A DNA stretch of 64,000 nucleotides from Fistulifera solaris. Taxonomy: Eukaryota. Below are positions 23,386 to 34,792 of this stretch, one piece after another; positions within the stretch are counted from its first letter, which is position 1, and every line of letters begins with the position of its first letter. The position numbers and the translations under genes were made by a program. The notes beneath the pieces were generated by a model that was not told the DNA's origin, did not search any database, and worked only from the letters and a program-made list of their open reading frames with translations. Location: contig AP026157.1 of assembly GCA_030295235.1 (NCBI GenBank), forward strand, positions 372,001-436,000, written 5' to 3'.

Positions 23386-24775
23386 ATCGCATCGCTGAAT
23401 GTCGACCGCTGAGCCGCTGAGCAAAGCTATTTTCTTGGGCCTAGCATGATTGGACCTTTAATTTGGATGGAACAATCAGCTCACGGGTCGTGTGTGTGTG
23501 TCAACCTGGCTCCAACGGGCGATGCCAGACCAGAGATATCAACCCTCACGGGGACGTCTGCAATCTGACAACATAGACCCATCTAGCCTCTTTACTACTA
23601 AATTGATTATACTACATTACTACGGAATCCGAACGCCCATCTCCCAGCAGAAAGCAGATCTTCAACCCAGTAGAAGCGTTGTGTAAACGGCGGAAATTAA
23701 AGCAGAACACCACATTTGCCACGTGTGATGGTGGTGGCGAGGGACGATTCGATATCAGTTTCTTTCGCCCGACTCGAACTCCAACCCCCGAAGACGAAAG
23801 CCTTGGGGTTACCACTGGGCCACGGAGTGACCCCTCACGGGTCGTCAGTCGTCAGGAACGGGTCAAAGGTTCCGCCGCCCATGCGAATGGCAAAATCTAC
23901 AACTCAATAAACGTCATGGTCAACTTTCCTATTGCTATCGTCACGATTCTAGACGCATTCGAACAAAAAGTTGAATTCTTTGTATAAAAGCAGTGGAACA
24001 AATCTTTTCTTACGGCCAACAAACAATGTCCCATGTCCCATACTTTTTCTAAGGCTTAGCAAGAATTCTCATGCCGGTACGTCCGTTGCATCAACCCTTT
24101 TGTACATGCAGCCTGCAGTGCGAGATTTTTTGTCTTGTTCGCGTTTGATTATAGTCCCATTACAATATTAGATCGAAAACTAATTATGCTTTCACCTTGG
24201 AATTTCGCGCAATTGCGATTTCAGCCGCCAATGCTCGCCCCCCTGACCTTCATGTTTTTACTATGATGCAAACAGTAAGTTCTACGAATCCACGACTGGA
24301 TTCCAGTCATGAGAATGCCGCAATCCTTCATTTTCGCGTTTGGTTATAGCCTCATTACATTCATAGACTTAATAATGCTAAACATGAGCTAACTACTTTC
24401 AATCTCAAGGATGGTGTGCGTGATTTGTGAGCTTGTTTGTTTCCGTTGGAACAGATAGACCTACTGTCTACGGAATATCTTCTTTTCAATCGCATCGCTG
24501 AATGTCGTGCAAAGCTACTGTATTTCTTGGGATTTAATGTCTTTCATGATTAGACACTTGATGGAACAATCAAATCACGTTCATCGGGTCGTCAGGAACG
24601 GACAAAGGTCCCGCCTTGACGCATGGGCAATACCTACAACTCAATAAGCGTCATGGTCATCTCTTTTCTAATAATTCTATCGTCAGGACTCGCAGGACGG
24701 ATTGAAACTAAAACGTTGATTCTTGAAAGAGCAGTGGAAGTGGAACATCTGCGGCCCACACAAAAAATGGCCCAT
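23386..24775 (+). repeat. Diverged local segmental duplication (~23386-24040 vs ~24489-24775)
   Basis: Shared collinear blocks ATCGCATCGCTGAATGTCG, GCAAAGCTA, GATGGAACAATCA, GTCGTCAGGAACGG, CTACAACTCAATAA.CGTCATGGTCA and GCAGTGGAA. Confidence 0.75.
23492..23833 (-). mobile_element. tRNA-derived SINE-like retroposon (342 bp) with 12-bp TSD
   Basis: Minus strand: A-box TGGCCCAGTGG (23822-23812), B-box GTTCGAGTC (23779-23771) and a 3' (AC)n tail. Flanking direct repeat CTCACGGGTCGT at 23480-23491 and 23834-23845. Confidence 0.75.
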
Positions 24776-24998
24776 CCTCGTTTTATCTATCTAGCTACAA
24801 GGTACTACGGACTTGACTACTTGTATACGGAGTAAATAATAATATTCTGATGTCAGTATGTCCGTCGCTCGTTACTGAGACGATGAAAGCGAAAACGCGA
24901 CGACGGCGCACACAGCAAAACAAAAACGAAATCTGTTGGAGCAAAGAAAATGTACATTGAATTCATTTTCTACTCTCGAAAACTTGACAAAAAGAGAG

Positions 24999-25787
24999 AT
25001 GACAGATCGTAGCAAAAAGACACGATGGGGATCGTCCGCCGAGACGAGCAACAACTCGTCCATCAGCGACGAAGCGGCGCTGCAAGCACTGTTGTCGTCC
25101 GCACAAGCGCACAAAGACCAGCGTCAACGAGAAACGGAGGCGGCACGACGACGCTTTGACGAGAAACGAAAGAAACGTCCGCGCGAAGAAACCAGCAAGA
25201 CGAACGGAAATGAAGCCAAAGACGATTACTACGGACCAGCCAGCCGTGCGACAAAGGACGACAATTCACACAGCGACAACAAGAACGACGAGGATGCTCC
25301 GATCGACAAGCAAAAAGCGAATTTCGGGTTATCCGGTGCATTGACGAAAGATTCTCGTACCGGTAATGTGTACAAGGGAGTGTTACTGAAATTTCAAGAG
25401 CCACCAGAAGCTCGAACACCTAATACATTGTGGAGATTCTATGTCTTTAAAGAAAACAATCCAGATCCCATTGAAACCTTGCATGTCTCGAAACAAAGTG
25501 CGTTTCTGATTGGTCGGAATGCGGAGATTGCGGACATTGTAGTACATCATCCTTCGTGCAGTTCCCAACACGCAGTGCTGCAATATCGGGCCCTGCCGCG
25601 AGAGGATGGCCGTTTGCACTGTCAGCCCTACTTGTTGGACCTCGAATCGACCAACGGGACGTTTTTGAATGGGGTACGGATCGATGCGGCGCGGTATTAT
25701 CAGCTAAAAAAGGGGGATGTCCTGAAATTTGGGGCGTCGACGCGGGAATATGTGTTACTGACGGCGAATACGAAAAGTGTCAAGTAG
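24999..25787 (+). CDS. SNIP1: FHA-domain RES-complex protein SNIP1/DAWDLE/Pml1
   Basis: NFGLSGAL, LKFQEPPEAR.P, WRFYVFK, FHA motifs GR, HPSCSSQHAVLQYR, DLESTNGTFLN and KFGASTREYVL. Confidence 0.9.
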   Translation: MTDRSKKTRWGSSAETSNNSSISDEAALQALLSSAQAHKDQRQRETEAARRRFDEKRKKRPREETSKTNGNEAKDDYYGPASRATKDDNSHSDNKNDEDAPIDKQKANFGLSGALTKDSRTGNVYKGVLLKFQEPPEARTPNTLWRFYVFKENNPDPIETLHVSKQSAFLIGRNAEIADIVVHHPSCSSQHAVLQYRALPREDGRLHCQPYLLDLESTNGTFLNGVRIDAARYYQLKKGDVLKFGASTREYVLLTANTKSVK

Positions 25788-26348
25788 GAATATTGCCGCT
25801 GTGTTGAGTAAATGATCGCTTGACGACGAATAATCAAAGCGAAAATTCGATGATCAAGTGTACGGAACGATTGATTGACCCAACCATGAGGGATCTCTCC
25901 GCAAACGAGTCTCTGATTATTAGAATGGTGATGCTGTAGCCTCTACCGTCGGTTGCTCACAGCTTAGATAGATACGGTGAAAGTGAAATATCTCCCTGCT
26001 GTGTAACTGAGGTTGGACTGCATCCTTTCGTAGGTAAAGCAAGAACATAGAAATGTCACGACTGAGAATTTGGGTCACGATTACTTCATTCTTGGGGCAC
26101 ATGACGTTTTCGAATTATTTTGAAATTTCTTCATCATCATCGTGTAGCGACGCGGTCGACGATCATAATATGATGTGAAAGATTAAGCGCATTATTAAAT
26201 TAAATTATTACCCTGAAGTTGGTCAAACAATAAAATACAGCTTTTGAATCTGACTTGAAAAGCTTTGTTTGACGTTGCCGATCGTCAAGTATACCAGTTG
26301 ATTTTGCTCTTTCACCTAGACCAATTTTTCCCTCACCTTCCGATCATC

Positions 26349-26861
26349 ATGCGCGCTTCTTCCTTCTTCTTTTCCTGCATTTTCGGTAAGCTATTATCTT
26401 ACTGCAAGTCTATCTCCTACCATACATGTCAATTTTATTTACTCATTCGTTTTGGTAAAGGATATCCTGCAATGAGTTAGGGAATACAAGATTCCCTCTT
26501 GGTGCGCGATGAAATCTTGTGTGGAAATAATAGAGGAGACGACAACACTCGCTCGTGTTCGAATCAGGTTGGACTGGGTCTTTGTTTGGATGGTCAGATG
26601 AATTACTACCCCAACTGTTTCGCGGTCGGTGTCACAATCAACGATTGTGAGCAGGTAGCGACCAGCCAGAGGAATGCGATTGGCTGGGAATATTTTCGCG
26701 ATGAAAATGTGTGCAATATATTGTTTGATGCCACTGCAGCATTCAGTTGTCCAGCCAAATTTAATAAAAATGATGATCCAGCATTGGAAGGAAAGGGCCC
26801 CATTGATGATAGTGACGATGATACGCAATTCGGGGAGATTTGCTACGCATGTAGCAATTAG
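26349..26861 (+). CDS. Small secreted Cys-rich protein, family member D; intron 26386-~26460, in-frame TAG at 26478 (possible pseudogene or sequence error)
   Basis: MRASSFFFSCIF|..QDSLLVRDEILCG..RSCSNQVGLGLC..YPNC..DCEQ..IGWEY..C..CPAKF..GKGPIDDSDD..CYAC. Confidence 0.65.
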
Positions 26862-27097
26862 GTCTGTTAAAATTTAAAGTCAGTATAAGCGTAAATAAAA
26901 CAACTGCGTAGTACAGGACAGCTTTGCCCTGTTGTATTCGTCGCTTCTCTGCGGCAATTCGCATAGGCAATGCACCATTGCGCAAATCTGCATCTAACTA
27001 CATCATGAATATCGCTCAGCGAGTTCGGGGCAAATGATGCTGAACCCAATACTTTTAAAGTCGAACACTATTGTAAATAAAAAAAGCTCGCCAAACA

Positions 27098-28810
27098 TCA
27101 AAACGGAAGTTGTGAAGTCGAGTACACTCCAGCCAAGGCGAACTCTTCGTCTTTGACGGTAATGTTTCCTGACCACATGTCGTCATCGTCGTCGAAATCG
27201 CCTGCCCTGGCCGCCGCAATTATAGCTCCGGGGGTAGCATCGACAAAAGCGGACCGACCGAAGTGATGACTGTCAATACTTCCCAGGGATAATGGAGCAG
27301 TACTGCCATCGAAGGATGCTTGCCGTAAAGTCGTTGTTCCTGAAGGCAACAAATGGACCTCTTTATCCGACAAGTGCGACGCTGTGTCGTGTGTATGATG
27401 GTCGTCACCGTAGCCTATCGAGCTGTATGTACTCGTCTCAGCGGTGGTATTCAATGACTTGTTCATTGCTTTGTATCTGGGGATTGTGATGGTGCTTGGT
27501 GTTGGAATATTCGAGAAATGTAATCCAACTCTCTGACTGGATGGGTGCGATGTGCCGTTGACTTTTTCATTCTCAATTTGCTCCACCCACTCCACAAAGG
27601 AACTTTCATCGTCGCCTTGACCACTACCAAACACAAACTCAGCACTCGCTGGCGTCCCGTGCTCTTTCTGGAACCGTTTTATGCGGCGTTGGTAGGCACT
27701 CCCTCCCAGAAAATTCATCTGAGACGACGACACTTCGTTCGTCCACACAGCACGAGGCGTGGTAGTCGCGGCTTGGTATCGAACGCTGCTGGATGGTTCG
27801 CCACGTATATCAGAGTTAATCGGACTGTGAAATTGACGCGTCGACGCTATTGAATATGCTCTGCTGCGGCGTTCGCGACTTCTTTGTGCCTGTTCCTCCA
27901 CCTGTAACGATGCAAACAAATGTTGTACTTCTGGTAGGGTTTCCTGTTGCGCAGTATGTCGCTGTAGCTCCGTTTGCTCCAACCGTTGAACGATACGGGG
28001 CGTAATATTTCTCGTATCATGCAATGTGTTTTCGAATGGATCGTCCTGGTCGGTCTTCCACTTTATGGGCTCTTCTTGATCCTGCTCAACGCTACTAAAC
28101 GTGTTTTTTGACGAATTGAGAGCACGGGGCGTTGTTCGATCTTGATTCGACTGATACCTCTGTTTAGGCGATATGCGTCGATGAAGATCGCTAATCATTT
28201 GTGCTTGATCTACTTCGTCTTCGGAAGGATTGCGTTTGTATTTTTGACAAATGAGCTTCCGTAGCACAGGGAGACGTCTGTGATATGAAGTAGAGTTATC
28301 CATTTCTGATGTCGTGTTATCGTTTTCAACAGAAATCTCGTTGCTGTTGCCTGTCTGCTTACTACAAACAAGTTTCTGCAGAGGGAGAGTGCGTGTTTGT
28401 GGAGACCCCGATTCGTTTTGGTCTTTTCGCTGTTGCGAAGCATGCGCCTCAAAGTCATTAACCGAGGTAGGAGAGCGCTGCCGCGATGAAGAAGTCGAAA
28501 TTGGTGTCAGTGGCTGTGTGCGGGTAGGACTGACCGAAGCAGAAGTCGTTTTATCGTTCTTTGAGGTCGGTGTAAATTGTCGCATGTGGTTCTTCTTCGG
28601 CTGCTGCTTCACTGTAAGTAATCCTAATTTCTCTGTTTCAGGTTCGGGCTCGGCAGTTGATTCATTCAAAATCAGTTCAAAGCCGGTTTCCGTTGCAGCA
28701 CAAGTGTCCAAATCATCAGCGAAACAATAAACGACAAGAATCTCGTTTCCGCGAGAGGGCGGAGAGGAGGAATGTTGTTGTGTTACGGCCTCCACTTTTC
28801 GCGATGTCAT
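27098..28810 (-). CDS. Hypothetical S/T/Q-rich, largely disordered protein
   Basis: 570-aa uninterrupted ORF with no recognisable domain. Confidence 0.6.
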   Translation of the reverse strand: MTSRKVEAVTQQHSSSPPSRGNEILVVYCFADDLDTCAATETGFELILNESTAEPEPETEKLGLLTVKQQPKKNHMRQFTPTSKNDKTTSASVSPTRTQPLTPISTSSSRQRSPTSVNDFEAHASQQRKDQNESGSPQTRTLPLQKLVCSKQTGNSNEISVENDNTTSEMDNSTSYHRRLPVLRKLICQKYKRNPSEDEVDQAQMISDLHRRISPKQRYQSNQDRTTPRALNSSKNTFSSVEQDQEEPIKWKTDQDDPFENTLHDTRNITPRIVQRLEQTELQRHTAQQETLPEVQHLFASLQVEEQAQRSRERRSRAYSIASTRQFHSPINSDIRGEPSSSVRYQAATTTPRAVWTNEVSSSQMNFLGGSAYQRRIKRFQKEHGTPASAEFVFGSGQGDDESSFVEWVEQIENEKVNGTSHPSSQRVGLHFSNIPTPSTITIPRYKAMNKSLNTTAETSTYSSIGYGDDHHTHDTASHLSDKEVHLLPSGTTTLRQASFDGSTAPLSLGSIDSHHFGRSAFVDATPGAIIAAARAGDFDDDDDMWSGNITVKDEEFALAGVYSTSQLPF

Positions 28811-29583
28811 TCTGTTCCGTTTTAATGCTTGACAAAGTGATGCTTTTAAAAAGCAAGCGATTAGTAAATTAGAAAACTAGAATGAGAAAGATTTTATTCT
28901 AAATATTCTCATCGCCGTCTTTTTTCGTGTTACGGCGTCGCGCTTTTGCAGTTATTATGAAGGTGAAAAAAGCGGGACTCGAAATATAATTCCAGTGCCG
29001 TAAACCAACACTCTGTTTGATAGTGGAAATTCAAGGTGTCGATCCTCGTATTTTTTCGACGTGAAAATAAAAGAATTTTTTAACAAGTAGTTCAGAATCA
29101 TCATTGTTGCGACTTTATCTACCCGTAATTAAATTTATATTCGCAGTTGAATGACAATGGACGGATGCGAGAGATGCAAAACGGAACATTTTGTTTCGAT
29201 TCTTGGCTGGCGTAAACCAACACTCCGTTTAATAGTGAAATTTCAAGGATTCACAAAAAATGGCTAGAATGTACTATGACCAAATGCGACACCATCGAAA
29301 TGGTGCTTGCGAACAAGGTGCTGTTAGCTTCGATAAAAGTGTTGGCCTTAGTCTGGTTGCTGCTGTTCAGTCGAAGTGTGGATTTCCTCATGGTTGCAAT
29401 AATGTCATTCGATGGATTAAAATCATCTATTCCAGAAATTCTGTACTCTACACAGACTTTCTGTAAGATCCGATCTCCCAAACTACGTAATAAGTAATGA
29501 AGGCTTTTAAATGTTCCAAAGTGAAAGAAACTCGACTGATTAAAAGAACAGTCCAAGCAAAGAGTCTTATAAGCGAAATCCGG

Positions 29584-30912
29584 CTATGGGCATGTTGAGT
29601 CTATGCCTATTATTTCACGATACGGGACGAGACGCCGTCGCTTGCGCTTGCGCTGAATGGACCGGAAATCAGAGTTCCTGTAGATTGGTGACGTTGTCGC
29701 TGGTCGAGACACGCCTAATCCTAATCGGACAACCGTAGGGTCCCTTAAAAGTAACAAATGCAAGCAGGCCAAATCGCCGTTCGCTTGAATCATGGCTTCC
29801 ACTCGAACGTCGTGAGAGCCGGCCATCGGTTGTTGACACGACCCCTCCAAGTTTTTATAAATCTGATTCAATCGTACGTGACACTCAATCAAATATATGC
29901 TGGCGCTGCTTCCCGGGCACCAATTTGTCAGAGTAAGGTCCGTGATGTTACGATTCTGTTGCAGTACTTGCAACCAACTGCCAAAAATATCTTTGGAATA
30001 TTTCTTCTCGGTGAACACTTGCGTTACAGACTCAACGGAAGGGTGCTGCCGTAAAGCTTCAGTCACCGTGCGGCACAGAACCGTTTCCGAAACGTTGATT
30101 TCTTGCAGACGAATGCTAGTCAAGGACGAATTTGATTTCAATGCATCTACCAGTAGAATATCCCATTGATCCAGCTGATCGTTGAGCGGAGAGTCGTCAT
30201 ATTCAGTGACCAGATGCACTTTGTTTAACGTCAGTGATAGGAGTGTTGTTGAATTCGCTACAAAATTCGTCAACATATCCAGACTCGTAATTTGCATGTT
30301 GGTCAACTCCATGGATTGCAATTGCGGCATTCGTGGAATTTCCAGTAAAAGTCCCAAATCTTGTTTTCGGTCTGCGGTTTCATGAAAATAATCGTGCGTA
30401 TTGCAGAACGATATCTTCTTAAGTGACGAAAATGCTGTGGTGCTCGGTAAAAGACGCAAGAAGGATCGCTGATTCTCTAAAAATGGTTCGATATTATCCC
30501 AACAGTGCAATATCAGTTCTTCTAAATTCGGTCGTTCCTTCAAGATAATTTGAAATGTAGAAAACGGCACATGTCGAAACGAAATATCCACCATTCGAAG
30601 ATTGCGAAGCTTCATGAGCGGCCGTAAGAAACGGGCCAACCCTGCAAAGTATTCCGCCGTATAGCGCTCTTCCCCCACATTGACAAATAGATCCGTGATG
30701 GAGGTATTCCTTTCAATTACCGCACGCAGTTGTTTCTCTTGCTCAACAAGGCTTGGATGGTAGCAATCTCCCCGCAGGTTGCGGAGACGTCGTTTTTCGT
30801 TCTTGTAATGAACGTAATGTTTAATGATATCGATTTCTTTCTCCTCATTCTCTCGCACTATTTGCAGCAGCGAGGATCCGTTTGTATCTTCTGGGAAGGA
30901 AACAGACATCAT
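29584..30912 (-). CDS. Hypothetical RNI-like leucine-rich-repeat protein
   Basis: 442-aa ORF with repeated LxxLxL units (NLEELIL, SLKKISF, QLQSMEL, ALKSNSSLTSIRL) and a C-terminal RLN...LLLRDP signature of the kind seen in diatom RNI-like families. Confidence 0.65.
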   Translation of the reverse strand: MMSVSFPEDTNGSSLLQIVRENEEKEIDIIKHYVHYKNEKRRLRNLRGDCYHPSLVEQEKQLRAVIERNTSITDLFVNVGEERYTAEYFAGLARFLRPLMKLRNLRMVDISFRHVPFSTFQIILKERPNLEELILHCWDNIEPFLENQRSFLRLLPSTTAFSSLKKISFCNTHDYFHETADRKQDLGLLLEIPRMPQLQSMELTNMQITSLDMLTNFVANSTTLLSLTLNKVHLVTEYDDSPLNDQLDQWDILLVDALKSNSSLTSIRLQEINVSETVLCRTVTEALRQHPSVESVTQVFTEKKYSKDIFGSWLQVLQQNRNITDLTLTNWCPGSSASIYLIECHVRLNQIYKNLEGSCQQPMAGSHDVRVEAMIQANGDLACLHLLLLRDPTVVRLGLGVSRPATTSPIYRNSDFRSIQRKRKRRRLVPYREIIGIDSTCP

Positions 30913-31195
30913 GAAGTATACAATTATGATCGAACAACTATCCTGTCAATAATGGAAAGTTGCAGCAAAAAATGGTGGCGATGACGACGAGATTTACGAT
31001 GAACGACTCGTGACTGCAATGCAGTCGTGGCTGTCCGTTAACCAACACTTTGGTTCTACAGTAACTTGACGCGGTAACTATGAGCTGCGATTTTGGTCAT
31101 AAAAATTACAGATTCATGTCGTGATGCTGTTGCAGGTAATTAAATTAAAATAGTGACCCTTTAACGCTATTTTCTTTTAGTAAAGTCGGAACAAA

Positions 31196-31456
31196 TCTAT
31201 TTATAATGGGCCGAGGCTGTGTGTGTGTCCGTCCGTCACGGGTTAGAACCTTTTTGCCGCTTTTTTCCAGTTTTTCTTGGTCGAGTGGTTTTGACCCATT
31301 TCGGCTTGCGAACCCGCGAATCGCCAACATCACGTCCCGCCGACGGTTCAATCACTCTTTTGCTTTTCTCTTTTCCACGGGGAACGAGCCCCCCGTTTGC
31401 GGGAAGGGCGAGAACGACAAAAGCTCCCCGCAGAATAGCCCGCCGCAGGCGGCTAG
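31196..31456 (+). mobile_element. Non-autonomous Helitron-like element (261 bp)
   Basis: 5' TC preceded by A and 3' CTAG followed by T. Subterminal hairpin CCGCC-GCA-GGCGG, internal (GT)n/(GTCC)n microsatellite, GC-rich body in AT-rich flanks. Confidence 0.65.
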
Positions 31457-32708
31457 TTATTTTTTTTAAAAAGGAGGGTTGAGCCATTTTCAAGATACAA
31501 TGCGTGACTTAAAATGCAGTCTTGGTAAAGTTGATGGACACTTCGGGCCTATAGTAAAAAACGAGAAACAGCGATACGCAATTGTTTTTCTACAAAAGTA
31601 TGGAGTCTGCATAGACTACTGGACTACTGGATGCCGCTGAAGGTAATTAGGTCGTCATAAGCTAGGTTTGACCCATTGAAGGTAACGGATTAGATGAAAA
31701 TCAATGATTGTGTTGATTGTTGAGCAGCTTTCCAAGTTTTTGGGCGAGACCATTTTGGGCGAGGCATCCTCAGCGAGTCGGCGAGACGGCGGCAAGTGTT
31801 CGAAAGGAATGATTGACTTATATACTTTTCATGTGCCCAGCAGTCAGAATCTGCGCATTAAGATTCTCTAGTCTCTAGTCCCATGTTTCGTCAATGCGGT
31901 TCGAAGTACATTTGTCAACGATTTGGATCAAGCATTTTTGCTGACTAATGCACGCATCTCTTGTAATACAGTAAAGTCAACAATGAGTTGCAGATGCAAG
32001 GAAACACAGCTAGAGCAATCACTTTCCTGTCCACTTTTTTCTATCAAAAAGTTAACTCTGATTCGTGAAATGACATAGCGGCGCAGAGATCTGGATTCCT
32101 TCACGTGCTCCTTCACGTGCTAGAAGAAGCTGCTTCGCACTGGCACGTGTCGCGTGCTGTCAAAAAGCAATAACCTCTCTCGACTATCAATGCGAACAAT
32201 CGTTTCGGAAAAAGAGGATGGGGTCGTTTGTCGTTTGCATCTTTATTGCATCCGCGAAAACAGTATCGTTGTTGTTAGCTTGTCCGTGTGCATCTCTGAC
32301 CCGACGATTCAAGATCATATATTCCATTCCATTTTATTTCAGATATTTAGGTCTATGTATTCTTCTCACAAGATATTTTCAATAAGTAAAAAACAACATA
32401 GGCATGTCAAATTACGATTACTATCAAAATTCTCCACGTGTCAAGGATCGTTATCATTTTCCTCCAATAGCCCCCAGTTCTACTCTACAATTAACTGTAG
32501 GCCATTCAGTTCCGAATTTCGTGCTCGCCACCAACAAAAATGAGGTGGAAAAATCCGGGAAAAAAAAAAAGATCAGTTTGAAATTGCATCTGGTTCATCA
32601 TCATCCTTCTTGAATACCTTTCTTAGCAAAAGGCCATCCTTCCAATCCTCTTTCTATTCAATAATAGTAGAAAGTCCTTGAAGTTTCACAGAGTCGCTCG
32701 CCTGCAGA

Positions 32709-34179
32709 ATGATTTCATTGCTCGTGTCGAGTTGCCTTTGCATGTCCGCGTGGGCATCTTCCGCTTACGTGAAACTCGACAACGATGTATTCACAGAAAA
32801 AGCACCCAAGCGTCCGATTACTAACAATGTTTTTAAAATGTCCGAAGATTCCATGGTCACTTCGACATTACAAAATGTTGTGGGCGGAGCTCCTTCCGCG
32901 TCGGGTGATTTTCCATACAATGTTCTGTTTTCTTCCCCCACTGCAGTTTGTGCGGGCGTTTTGATTCATCCTGATATCATCTTGACGACTGTCTCGTGTA
33001 CGGCAGCCGAAACCAGTGATGCACGGATTGGTGGTATTAATACGGAAACGGGGGTCGTTATTTCGGTGGCCGAAACCGTCGAACATCCCGATTACGATGC
33101 AGCGACTGCGGAAAATGATTTGCGCATCGTGCGACTTTCCACCACGACCAATATTACGCCCGTCCCACTCGCCACGACCGTTCCGGCAGTGGCTTCTTCG
33201 GTGACCGCTATTGGGTTTGGCGTGACGGCGGAAGATGGAACGGCGTCGACGACATTGCGAGATGTCGATATTACCGTATTAGATTTCATCAACTGTGAGA
33301 ACTTCTTAGATGCTACGGTATTTCCTGCCAGTCAGATTTGTGCTGGAAATCTCGCCGACGGTCGAGGACATTGCGATCAAGATGAGGGTGGAGCATTGTT
33401 AGCTGGTTCAACACTCGTCGGCTTGTTTAGTTTCAATGAAGCGTGTGGAGAAGCCGATGAGCCTTCCGTTTACACCAACATTGTCGCGTATTTGGATTTC
33501 ATTGAAGCCACCATCTGTGATATCAGCACGGTACCACCGGAAGACTGTGAATCGGCGGCACCGACCGTGTCGCCCGCACCTTCCGTCTCTTCGGCTCCTT
33601 CCAGTCCTCCCACGTCTTCGGTGGTACCCACAGTGGCTCCGCAAGTCACTACATCACCGCAACCGACCACCACCTCCCAACCCAGCGGCGAAAGTGGTCC
33701 TTCCCTGGTACCCACTTCCATGATGATATCCGAGACTCCGGGTGTCACGACAGAACCCACGATCACGGTAGCACCTACGTTGACACCCAGTACGCATCCA
33801 CCGTCCGACAGTAGCGGCAAAGGCAAAGGGAAAGGTAAAGGGAAAAAGGGCAAAAAAAGGCAAGAAAAGCAAAAAGGGAAAAGGAAGTTCTTCGTACAGT
33901 GGCAAAGGAAAAGGAAAGGGCAACTATTACGATTCGTACGATAGTAGCGGCAAAGGAAAAGGCAAAGGAGGAAAAGGTGACTCCTACGATTCTTACCATA
34001 GTAGTGGCAAGGGCAAAGGCAAAAAAGGCAAGGGCGGTTCGGATAGCTCGGATAGGTCGGACAGTAGTGTGGACCTTCAGGGCCGAAACGAAGCCGTTCC
34101 CCCTGTACAAGCTGACCCGCCAACAACGCCGTCGAAGACGCCGTCGTCGTCGATTTGGAAACAAGTAGTGGCTGTGTAG
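32709..34179 (+). CDS. Secreted trypsin-like pseudo-protease with P/T/S linker and GK/SY-rich tail; frameshift in the A-run near 33855
   Basis: VVGG, CAGVLIHPDIILTTVSC, ENDL, CDQDEGG. After removing one A the frame reads GKKSKKGKGSSSYSGKGKGKGNYYDSYDSSGKGKGKGGKGDSYDSYHSSGKGKGKK... to TAG at 34179. Confidence 0.75.
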
Positions 34180-34792
34180 TTGTTTATGCGTTAAAATAAT
34201 TTTTTATGTTTGTATCGTTTCTAGCTGTTGATCAATGGTTCATCTTTTACGTCATGCATCTTTGTCAAATCATGTTCCGCGTTTTTGGAAAAAAAAAGTT
34301 TTCTAAAGTGTACTTGCTTTCTTTTGCTCGGGTGCCAACTGAGATGTATCAAGTGATGTATCAAGTTGCTCTTATGAATTTGCGATAACAGCGTCCTTTT
34401 CATTCTTTCTCTGGCTTCATTAGAACGTAAAACTACATGAATAGAACGGCTGATGATTCACCTTCTGCTTCATATCCTCTACGGCCCTTGCGAGTAAACA
34501 GCAAGAAGCATAAATGATTAAAGCTTCAACAAGAAAATATCGGGCATTCCAGCTCCCACTTATGGTGTCGAGAGCAAGTTTACTCCTCGTTCTCTCGTCT
34601 CCATTGAATGAAGTAAATCACTTGAGCTCATTTCTCAAGATCCGTATCGATCAGGAGGAGGTACAGCAAAAGAAAGGGATTTACAAGAACCGAAAAGTAC
34701 TCGTAAACAAAGGTAGCTTCCCGTGTGAAAACATCATTTTAAATTTGTTCTCAGTACAAGTATTTATTTTTAATGCGATGTGTGCAACAGGA

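Noticed and set aside
23760..23833. Functional tRNA gene
   Set aside because: A and B boxes are present, but the T-stem and acceptor stem do not pair. The TSD and tail fit a SINE better.
33899..34168. Separate poly-Arg ORF
   Set aside because: It is an alternative frame of the GK-rich tail of the trypsin-like gene, not an independent gene.
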